A stretch of DNA of 64,000 nt, from NCBI GenBank assembly GCA_050261335.1, contig JBLNDE010000058.1, forward strand, positions 102,968-166,967. The letters are read 5' to 3'. The notes beneath the pieces were generated by a model. It did not search any database, had not been told where the DNA came from, and worked only from the letters and a program-made list of their open reading frames with translations. This document shows positions 18,663 through 26,028 of this stretch, piece after piece (positions within the stretch are counted from its first letter, which is position 1; every line of letters begins with the position of its first letter). A program made the position numbers and the translations under genes. Source of the DNA: Bacillota bacterium. Its GTDB lineage: Bacteria; Bacillota; SHA-98; UBA4971.

Positions 18663-19898
18663 TCATGCCTCCGTTTCGTTTGTCGGCTCGGACGTTTCGC
18701 CGCCCGCCGTGCCACTCGTGGCGGATGCAGGCATGGCCACCGTACCGCGCGTCATGAGCGTCGCCCGGATCACGATTTTGATCGGGGCGGGGTCGACCCC
18801 GTTGATGATATCCACGAGCCTGCGGGCGGCGATGGAACCAAGCTGCTGCTTTGGGATGTGCATCGTTGTGAGCGGGGGGTGGGTGTGGCTCGCCACCTGT
18901 ATGTCGTCGAACCCGATGACGGACACTTCGTCCGGCACCCTGATGCCGCGCTCGTGGAGAGCCTTGAGCACACCGAGCGCGGTCATGTCGTTGTCCGCGA
19001 ATATGGCGGTTGGCGACTGAGGCAGGTCCATCAGACGGAGCGTTCCCTCATATCCGATCTGCGGGCCATGCGTGTCAACGGACTCGGAGAACACCACCAA
19101 TCTACGATGGGACGGCAGGCGAAGTTCGTCAAGGGCCTTCGTATAACCAGCATAACGCTGCGCAAGGGAGATGTGCGACTGCGGCCCACCGACGAAAGCG
19201 ATCCGGCGGTGGCCGGAGCGGTATAGGTGCTCTATCGCAGACCTGGTCGCGGCCTCGTTGTCCGAGACCACGCAGTCTACAGGCTCGCCCGGAAGCTCGT
19301 TATCCACGAGGACCACCGGGATCCCACGCTCGCGGGCTGTCCGGGCCACCTGCGGGTGAACGTCGCATCCCACGAGGAGCAGTCCTCTGAAGCCGCTGCA
19401 GCCGTTCTCGCCTGCCTGATCAGCGAAGAGACCGCTGTTATCGCCGGCGCCGTCTATGCTTCGAAGGAAGACCCGGTAGCCCAGGTTCTGCAGGCTTTCC
19501 TCGATGCCCGCCACTACTGCGCCGTAGAACGGGTCGGTCACCAGGGACGAAAGCCGCCTGTTGAATACGATGCCGATGCTTGCGCTCAAGCCTCCAGACA
19601 CGCCGGCGCCCGCACCCACACTCGCGCCCGCGCCGCCGCCACTGCCACTGCTACTGGCGCCGCTGTTGCCGCTGCTATTGCCGGTGCTATTGCGGCCGCC
19701 GCCCGCGCCGTGCCATGCCCTGGGCCCCGTAGCCGCGTCCACCGCCTCCGCGCGTGGACGGTAGCCCAGTGACCGCGCTACGTTCAGGACGCGGGAACGG
19801 GTCCGCTCGCTGATCCGCCCTTTCCGGCTGAGGGCTCGTGATGCCGTGGAAGGCGAGACTCCGGCCTGCCTCGCGATCTCTCGAATGGTCGTGTCCAC
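18663..19898 (-). CDS. LacI-family transcriptional regulator with Gly/Ser-rich insertion
   Basis: N-terminal HTH (MDTTIREIARQAGVSPSTASRALS) and periplasmic-binding-fold C-terminal domain; ~60-aa G/S/A low-complexity insert after the HTH. Confidence 0.85.
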   Translation of the reverse strand: MDTTIREIARQAGVSPSTASRALSRKGRISERTRSRVLNVARSLGYRPRAEAVDAATGPRAWHGAGGGRNSTGNSSGNSGASSSGSGGGAGASVGAGAGVSGGLSASIGIVFNRRLSSLVTDPFYGAVVAGIEESLQNLGYRVFLRSIDGAGDNSGLFADQAGENGCSGFRGLLLVGCDVHPQVARTARERGIPVVLVDNELPGEPVDCVVSDNEAATRSAIEHLYRSGHRRIAFVGGPQSHISLAQRYAGYTKALDELRLPSHRRLVVFSESVDTHGPQIGYEGTLRLMDLPQSPTAIFADNDMTALGVLKALHERGIRVPDEVSVIGFDDIQVASHTHPPLTTMHIPKQQLGSIAARRLVDIINGVDPAPIKIVIRATLMTRGTVAMPASATSGTAGGETSEPTNETEA

Positions 19899-20230
19899 TG
19901 AGGAATCGTCTCCCTTTCGGCAATCGTCCTCCTGCCTCGGCGATCGTCTTCTTGCGGTCGCCGCGTTCTCGCTGCGGAGTGACGATCACTGTTGCAGTGT
20001 TGTGGTGTTCTGGTGTTGTGGTGTTGCGCAAACATGCGCACGCGTTGCCCATCTATTGATGCAATACTATGTCACGCGCCAGATTCCTCCTTTCGGGCGG
20101 AATTCTTTTCGCATTCGCAGCTTACCCAAGAATGCCAGCGGAGCAGGCAGAAGAGAGGGCGTACGCCACGCAGGCACGCTCGCGCGGACGCTCGCAGGCA
20201 TGTTGCGCACAGTTGCGCATCGCGCGCAGA

Positions 20231-20303
20231 AGGGAGACGGCTCGTCCCTGGTACTGCTCTGTCAGATACGAAATGCCATCCGGTCTTGGGGGTCTGGCGG
20301 GCT
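20231..20303 (+). repeat. conserved ~65-nt leader element, copy 1 (second copy at 23199-23279)
   Basis: gtactgctctgtcagatacgaaatgccatccggtcttgggggtctggcgggcttgtctggcagg vs gtactgctttgccagatacgaaataccacccggcctcgcgggcctggcgggtttgtctg...: ~85% identity; flanks not similar. Confidence 0.7.
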
Positions 20304-20350
20304 TGTCTGGCAGGTCGGCTCCTGGCCGTGGTGGCCGTGGTGGCCATGGT
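20304..20350 (+). repeat. short tandem repeat (GGCCGTGGT)x~4-5 between leader 1 and array 1
   Basis: tggccgtggtggccgtggtggccatggtggccgtggtggccc; absent from the second copy. Confidence 0.8.
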
Positions 20351-20389
20351 GGCCGTGGTGGCCCTTGACCGTGCAGTTCCTTGGAAACC

Positions 20390-20860
20390 CGTGATGTACG
20401 GAACGGGTGCCGCAGAAAGAGTGATGTACGTCAGCAGTCGGTTCCGATGCGTAACGCAAGGAACGGGTAAGGCCGGGACCGGTGACGTACATCAGCGGAT
20501 GGCGCTCAATGATGACGTAGGGAACAGCTCAGGGGGAACCCGTGATGTACGTCACCCGTCCCGCTTCGACGAGTGACGTACGGAACGATTTATGGAGAAC
20601 CCGTGATGTGGGGAACGGATAAGGCGGGAACGCTGATGTACGTCACCGATTGGCTCCCGATTCGTGACGTATGGAACGGGAAGAGCCAGAGGAGTGACGA
20701 GCGTCATCCTTCCCCTTGCATGCGTGACACAGGGAACGGGTAAGGTCCGGACCAGTGATGTACATCAGCGGATGGCGCTCAATGATGACGTAGGGAACCG
20801 TTGAGGACGGACCCGTGACGTACGTCAGCCGTCGGCTCTGGTGACGGCACTATCAGGCGC
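20390..20860 (+). repeat. array 1: ~15 direct repeats with ~30-31-nt period, each starting GTGAYGTAYG; alternating palindromic (GTGAYGTACGTCAC) and GGAAC-type (GTGACGTAnGGAACGGG) units
   Basis: Unit starts near 20390, 20420, 20451, 20481, 20512, 20541, 20571, 20602, 20633, 20662, 20693, 20722, 20753, 20784, 20813; ~66-nt segment duplicated within the array (20461-20525 vs 20727-20795). Confidence 0.85.
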
Positions 20861-20929
20861 TCCATATGTGACAGAGCAGTACTAAGTGAGGGTTCGTTGG
20901 CTCTTCCCCGTTTTCTAGCGGCTGCTGGG

Positions 20930-21045
20930 CTCTCGGTGTTGCACTCGGAGACGGCGCTCTGAGCCGGGCGCGCTTCGCCAAAACCTGGCTCGCCGGGCCA
21001 GTCGCCGGGTCTTGACACCTCTCGTGCAGTCACCGCGAGCCCCTC
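20930..21045. repeat. dispersed intergenic repeat family 2, copy A (core GTTGCACTCGGAGACGGCGC...GGGCGCGCTTCGCCAA)
   Basis: Shares 60-120 nt of similarity with copies at 56280-56410, 49398-49560, 40970-41070 and 25487-25580. Confidence 0.55.
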
Positions 21046-21047
21046 CC

Positions 21048-21157
21048 AAAGTCGGAAGCATTTCCGCGCGAGATCGTCGATTCTCCCCAGTAACTGCCAG
21101 TTTGGGCGTGGACGGCGACCGTTTTCCGGGATTCCACTGAGTTGCGTTGCCATGAAG
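21048..21157. repeat. copy Y of the ~110-nt duplicated element (see 11781-11890)
   Basis: ...gcgcgagatcgtcgattctccccagtaactgccagtttgggcgtggacggcgaccgttttccgggattccactgagttgcgttgccatgaa; ~135 nt upstream of the DUF1848 gene. Confidence 0.6.
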
Positions 21158-21293
21158 TGGAGGAAACCGGCAATCTCCTGCACCATCACTTGGGGGGGCG
21201 GGGCAGAGGGCTGCTTGGCTTTTACCGACGCTTCTTTGGGTGTAGAATGCTATTGGCAGGAGCACGCTGCCCGCCCTGCCTTCCTCGCACGAG

Positions 21294-22148
21294 GTGAGCG
21301 AAGTGATCATTAGCGCAAGCCGCAGGACTGACATACCGAAGTTCTACGCCGAGTGGTTCATGGACCGCGTTCGCGCCGGCCGCTGCGCGTGTCCGAATCC
21401 CTTCAATCCGAAGCAGGTCTTCGAGGTGTCCCTGCGGCCCGAGGACGTTGACGTGATCGTCTTCTGGAGCAAGGACCCGGATCCCCTCCTGGCGCACCTG
21501 GACGAGCTCGACCGCAGGGGGTTCAGGTACTACTTCCAGTTCACCCTGAACGGCTATCCGTCGTTCCTGGAGCCGGGCGTGCCGCCGCTGGAGAAGACCT
21601 TCGCGACGTTCAGGCGCCTGTCGGAGGCGGTCTCTCCTGAAAGGGTGATCTGGCGCTACGACCCGATAGTGCTCACCAGCGTGACTGATGCTTCATATCA
21701 CGAGCGCCGGTTCCGGGAGATCGCAACGGCCCTCGCGGGCAGAACCAGGCGCGTGGTCATAAGCCTCGTCGACGATTATCGGGGCTCGCGCGCTCGCCTC
21801 GCCCGGCTGGCAGGCCAGGGCATACAGGTAGCGCAGCGATGCAGCGCCGATGACCCGCCCACGGCAGGCCTCCTTGCGACTATGGCGCGCGTCGCCGTCG
21901 AGTCGGACATGGAGATCGTGACCTGCGCTGAGGAGAAGGGCCTCGAAAGCCTCGGGATCAAGCCCGGCAAGTGCATCGACGACGAGTACATCGCCCGCGT
22001 TTTCGGCATCCGCGTCCCGGGCAAGAAGGACCCCGGCCAGCGCGCGGCATGCGGCTGCGTCGTGAGCAGGGATATCGGCGTGTACGGCACGTGCCGGCAT
22101 GGTTGCCTCTACTGCTACGCTTCCGCAACCGTCCCGCAACTTTCTTGA
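21294..22148 (+). CDS. DUF1848-family protein with C-terminal Cys cluster (possible Fe-S enzyme)
   Basis: N-terminal ISASRRTDIPKFYAEWF characteristic of DUF1848; C-terminal CGCVVSRDIGVYGTCRHGCLYC; GTG start; candidate -10 TAGAAT at ~21243. Confidence 0.65.
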   Translation: MSEVIISASRRTDIPKFYAEWFMDRVRAGRCACPNPFNPKQVFEVSLRPEDVDVIVFWSKDPDPLLAHLDELDRRGFRYYFQFTLNGYPSFLEPGVPPLEKTFATFRRLSEAVSPERVIWRYDPIVLTSVTDASYHERRFREIATALAGRTRRVVISLVDDYRGSRARLARLAGQGIQVAQRCSADDPPTAGLLATMARVAVESDMEIVTCAEEKGLESLGIKPGKCIDDEYIARVFGIRVPGKKDPGQRAACGCVVSRDIGVYGTCRHGCLYCYASATVPQLS

Positions 22149-22167
22149 CAACTGGGGTCCGGTAGTC

Positions 22168-22205
22168 CTAGAATAAAGGCGGCGATCATATATATGTAGC
22201 ATGCA
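22168..22205 (+). promoter_or_regulatory. AT-rich imperfect palindrome (ATATATGTAGCATGCATATAT) plus TAGAAT element upstream of the padR-like gene; candidate autoregulatory operator/promoter
   Basis: Only strongly AT-rich stretch in the local region, centred on GCATGC, immediately upstream of RBS AGGGAG. Confidence 0.35.
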
Positions 22206-22224
22206 TATATAGGGAGCGATCAGA

Positions 22225-22644
22225 ATGTGCAACGATGATCGGGACCGGTGCCACTCCAACGGGTCGAGGGCCCACAGGTGCGACTGCGCAGGTTCGCGGG
22301 TCGAGCGCTTCATCGAGCCGTGCCTGCTCTTGCTCCTGCTCGAGAAGCCTGCGCACGGGTACGACCTGATGGAACGGCTCAGGGAATTCGGGTTCGATGC
22401 CGAAGACCAGGACCCCGGCATGGTATACCGCAACCTTCGGCGCCTCGAACACCAGGGCATGGTCGAATCCGAGTGGGACACATCCGGGCCTGGCCCCGCA
22501 AAGCGCCTCTACCAGGTCACAGCGGAAGGTCGCGACTTACTTCAGGCGTGGAGCGCGGTCATCAGGCGGAACAAGGCGACCCTCGAGGAATTCCTCGAAC
22601 GTTACGAAGCTCTGGCAGGACGATCCGATACTCCCTCCGGATGA
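22225..22644 (+). CDS. PadR-family transcriptional regulator with Cys/His-rich N-terminal extension
   Basis: Winged-helix PadR core (LLLLLLEKPAHGYDLMERL...MVYRNLRRLEHQGMVESEW...KRLYQVTAEGR); N-terminus MCNDDRDRCHSNGSRAHRCDCAG; AGGGAG RBS. Confidence 0.75.
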   Translation: MCNDDRDRCHSNGSRAHRCDCAGSRVERFIEPCLLLLLLEKPAHGYDLMERLREFGFDAEDQDPGMVYRNLRRLEHQGMVESEWDTSGPGPAKRLYQVTAEGRDLLQAWSAVIRRNKATLEEFLERYEALAGRSDTPSG

Positions 22645-22885
22645 CTCCCGCTTCCTCATCGCGTATGGTAAACGTGGTACACGGGATGTGGGGATGCGCG
22701 TCTTTGGCAAAGGGCTGGCTTTGGAGCCGGCTTCCAGAAAAGCGCCCCACGACTCCTGCCGGGCGGTGCTGCGGGTGGCGGGGGAGGACGAATTTCCAGC
22801 TTGGGGCCAGAGAAGGTGGCCAATCTGAAGGGCTTATCCCTAAGGGCGAGACCCGGAAGGCGGGCATGGAAAGGAGGGGGAGGAC

Positions 22886-23107
22886 GTGATGTGTTGTGAA
22901 GGACACACTTACCATCATGGTGCAAGGGAGCATGCGGGCGGAGGATGCTGCTGCCATGCGGAGCCACGATATTTCCATAGGCGCTTCTTTTCGCGCGAGG
23001 AGACCCTTGGGATGCTCAAGGACTACCTCGAAGACCTGAGGGCCGAGGTGCGCGAGGTCGAGAGGCGGATAGAGTGCCTCGAGAAGGACGCTCATAAAGA
23101 GGAGTAG
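22886..23107 (+). CDS. DUF5320-family small protein (Cys/His-rich N-terminus plus coiled coil)
   Basis: MMCCEGHTYHHGAREHAGGGCCCH...RRFFSREETLGMLKDYLEDLRAEVREVERRIECLEK; strong RBS AGGAGGGGGAGG. Confidence 0.6.
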   Translation: MMCCEGHTYHHGAREHAGGGCCCHAEPRYFHRRFFSREETLGMLKDYLEDLRAEVREVERRIECLEKDAHKEE

Positions 23108-23198
23108 GGTGGCATCTCTTCACGGAAGGCGGCCCGCACATGTGTTGGTTTGCGTATGCATTGAGTCGTTGGCGGGCCGCCTGTCACGTTTTGGCCTA

Positions 23199-23279
23199 GT
23201 ACTGCTTTGCCAGATACGAAATACCACCCGGCCTCGCGGGCCTGGCGGGTTTGTCTGCGTCTGGCAGGGGGGGCGCCGG
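23199..23279 (+). repeat. conserved leader element, copy 2
   Basis: See 20231-20303. Confidence 0.7.
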
Positions 23280-23352
23280 GGAGGGATGGAGCGACTCGTG
23301 GTCTTGGTGACCCTTGACAGCGTGGCTCCCGGAAGACCGTTCCCGGAAGACC

Positions 23353-23895
23353 CGTGATGTGCTGAAGGGGTAGTACGGAAAGAGTGACGCACGGTACCCG
23401 TCCCGTTGCACGCGTGACACAGGGAACCGGTGAGGACAGGACTAGTGCTGTACATCAGCGGACGGCTCCCAAGCGTAACGTGCAGAACGCTTGGGAAACA
23501 ACCCGTGATGTGCGTCACCCGTCCCGGTTCGAGAGTGACGTATGGAAGACTTCGCGGTGGAGCCGTGACGCAGGGAACGAATAGGGTGGCAGTGATGATG
23601 CACGTCACTGATCAGGCGCGGATGCGTGACGTGCGGAACACTTCATGAGGAACACGTGACGGAGGGAACGGGTAAGGCGGGAAGGATGACGTACGTCACG
23701 GATCGGGTCCTGATGCGTGACGCGCGGAACGGGAAGAGCCTGACCAGTGACGTAGGTCACGCGTTCCCTGGCACATGTGATGTTGGAAACGGGTAGGGCC
23801 GTGACGGGTGAGGTGCGTCACCCGATAGCTGTCAACGATCACGTGGGGAACGCTTAGTGAAACACCCGTGACCTACGTCAACCGTCAACTTCCAG
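23353..23895 (+). repeat. array 2: ~18 direct repeats with ~30-nt period, same GTGAYG-initiated repeat family as array 1
   Basis: Unit starts near 23353, 23384, 23414, 23445, 23475, 23505, 23535, 23565, 23592, 23626, 23656, 23687, 23716, 23746, 23776, 23800, 23842, 23867; includes palindromic units (GTGATGTGCGTCACCC, TGACGTACGTCAC) and GGAAC-type units. Confidence 0.85.
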
Positions 23896-23950
23896 GGCCA
23901 TCGAACGGCGGGAGCGGGGGAGCCGTCGGTTTTCCGCGTTCAAAGAGCGA

Positions 23951-24487
23951 ATGGTCTTCCCAGCGGACTCGAAATGGGCGCACTGTCCAGACAGGGGGTG
24001 GACTGTTACGTTCACGTCGACTACATATACAATCGCTATTGTGTTTTTCCTCATCTCATTCGCGAAGGACCGCGACAGGACCCGCACGGCCTTACGTAAG
24101 TCCCTCGCCGCGTTTCTCGGTATCCTTCCTGACTTCGCGGCGGTGCTGGCCGTTGTTGGGCTTGTTCTGACGTTCCTGTCCCCGACGACAGTGGCCGGAC
24201 TCATAGGGGCGGGGACCGGGTTTGTCGGGATGATCATCACCTCGCTCATAGGCGCCGTCACCCTGATCCCGGGTTTTGTCGCTTTCCCGCTCGCTAAGTC
24301 CCTCCTTGAACGCGGCGCCGGGATCGCCCAGATAGCAGTGTTTGTGTCCACGCTCATGATGGTCGGCTTTGTGACCGCACCTCTTGAGATCCGCTACTTC
24401 GGCAGGAAGGTCACGCTCCTCAGGAACGGTCTCGCATACCTGTATTCCTTCATAGTGGCCTTCATCATAAGGGTGGTGGTTAAGTGA
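23951..24487 (+). CDS. permease (DUF318/PF03773), first subunit of a split two-component membrane permease
   Basis: Hydrophobic multi-TM ORF; stop overlaps GTG start of second half (GTGA); true start may be downstream of 23951. Confidence 0.6.
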   Translation: MVFPADSKWAHCPDRGWTVTFTSTTYTIAIVFFLISFAKDRDRTRTALRKSLAAFLGILPDFAAVLAVVGLVLTFLSPTTVAGLIGAGTGFVGMIITSLIGAVTLIPGFVAFPLAKSLLERGAGIAQIAVFVSTLMMVGFVTAPLEIRYFGRKVTLLRNGLAYLYSFIVAFIIRVVVK

Positions 24488-25227
24488 GCCGCTCACTGCA
24501 CGATGATCCACCACGCGAGAGTAGCCCGGCCAGTGCTATGGTAACCGGCGATATCAGCCCGAGGCCGGGGGTGGCACCGGCCTCGGACACCGCGGACGCC
24601 GCGAATTGCGCCACGGGGGGCGGCCGCCCCGTAGCGGCGCACAGAACAGCGGCGCACAGAACGATTGGCACGATGGGCCGGAGCCGGCTGGCGGCGGTCG
24701 CGAGGGTGGCCCTCCGCTACAGGGTGTTTCTCCTCATCATAGCCGCCGACGCAGTGATCTGGGCGGTTCGTCCCAGCGCCGGAACGGCGGTGTTCGAGCG
24801 CACGCTGTCCAATTTCGCTGAAATGGCGGCTGTCCTACCGCCGATCTTTCTCTTGATCGGCCTGTTGGATGTCTGGGTCCCGAGGGAGACTCTCATGCGG
24901 TTTCTCGGCGATAGATCCGGGCTCCTTGGGGTCGCCATCAGCATTGTCCTTGGAGCTGTGGCCGCAGGTCCTCTCTACGCCGCCTTCCCGGTGGCGGCCA
25001 TCATGATGAGAAAAGGTGCTAAGTTCTCCAATGTGACCGTGTTCCTCGGCTCCTGGTCCACCCTGAAGATCCCCATGGCTCTCTTCGAGGCATCGGCGCT
25101 CGGCGCCCGTTTCGCCATCACGCGCTGGATCGCGAGCGTGCTCGGGGTTGCTGCAATGGCCGTAATCATCGACCGCGCCGTCACTAAGGACGAGAAACGT
25201 GCGGTGTACACTCGGCATGAGGTCTGA
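24484..25227 (+). CDS. permease (DUF318/PF03773), second subunit of the split permease
   Basis: Multi-TM C-terminal region resembling predicted-permease family; N-terminal 60 aa low-complexity, alternative start ATG ~24673. Confidence 0.6.
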   Translation: MSRSLHDDPPRESSPASAMVTGDISPRPGVAPASDTADAANCATGGGRPVAAHRTAAHRTIGTMGRSRLAAVARVALRYRVFLLIIAADAVIWAVRPSAGTAVFERTLSNFAEMAAVLPPIFLLIGLLDVWVPRETLMRFLGDRSGLLGVAISIVLGAVAAGPLYAAFPVAAIMMRKGAKFSNVTVFLGSWSTLKIPMALFEASALGARFAITRWIASVLGVAAMAVIIDRAVTKDEKRAVYTRHEV

Positions 25228-25486
25228 CCATCGCGCAGCGTCTGTCCGCCTGCGCCATCACCTGAGACCACGGCGATTTGGTTCGCAAGAGCCGCAAGGA
25301 GGTTCGCACGGGCCGTGGATCTCGCAGATCGTCCAGCAACTGCCTGATTTTCGTTGACTGCCCACTTCGGGGAGCGTATAGTAGTGATGAAAGGGGGGAG
25401 ACGAGCGTGGACGGCGACCCAGGTAGTACCGGGCTACGCGGCCTCCGGTGCCGGAGTTCGGGAACCGCGGCTGCCTCTGGCGTCTA

Positions 25487-25580
25487 GGCATGGCGCCATA
25501 AGTTCTCGCCACTTTTCTTGAGGGTGCTAGGGTTGCCTGTGCTTGCTGGGGCGGGGTGCCGGGAATTTGGCTGGCCCGTG
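25487..25580. repeat. dispersed repeat family 2, copy E (5' module ATGGCGCCATAAGTT...GGTTGCC.GTGCTTGC...)
   Basis: ~80% identical over ~75 nt to 49398-49475. Confidence 0.55.
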
Positions 25581-25584
25581 CGCC

Positions 25585-25700
25585 AGATTCGGACGAGGCT
25601 CGCCGCACGCGCCGTCCCCGGAGGGCAACACCGGCAACCCTGCTGGAAAGGACTCGCCCGCTGAAATGGGGCGCGAACTTGCGGCGATGCACTTAGCATG
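25585..25700. repeat. dispersed repeat family 3, copy F2 (CCGCACGCGCCGTCCCCGGAG.GCAACAC.GGCAAC...GCTGAAA...GCGCGAA...GGCGAT..ACTTAGC)
   Basis: ~110 nt similar to 33880-33995. Confidence 0.55.
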
Positions 25701-26028
25701 CCTTTCCGGGAGCATTGACCCCTCGTGATGCGGCGCGCATCCGCGCGTTCGAGGGTGTTCCGCGCGAGGGCGCCGGGAGGTTGCGCCGGGTTTCGCGACC
25801 CTGGCCCCATGGGCCAAGGATGAGTTGTGACCCGACGTGAGATCTCAGGCCGCTTTCCTTGTGTACATCTCGCGGACACCCGTTTGAACAGACGACCTGC
25901 GCGCAGGCGCGACAGGGTGCGGGCTTCGGGCGGGCCGGCCGGCGGGCGGACGGGCAGGTATGCACGCTGACCGACGCCGAAACCGGACCTTCGGACGCGC
26001 CGCACTGGGCATCGAGGGAGGGGTACGA

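Noticed and set aside
20069-20368. 99-aa ORF spanning leader 1 and the GGCCGTGGT repeats
   Set aside because: Its translation is low-complexity (GRGGRGGHGGRGG) generated by the tandem repeat. The paired leader copy 2 has no equivalent ORF.
20390-20860. Arrays encoding a repetitive protein (30 nt = 10 codons)
   Set aside because: All six frames across both arrays are broken by frequent stop codons. The longest ORFs (e.g. 19992-20576, 23430-23648) cover only part of an array and have no RBS.
20390-23895. Interpreting the two arrays as CRISPR arrays
   Set aside because: The conserved part of each unit is only ~10-16 nt and variable. The intervening ~15-nt segments are themselves related (GGAACGGGwAAG...), so they are not unique spacers. 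No cas genes occur in the window. The leader-plus-array arrangement is CRISPR-like in layout only.
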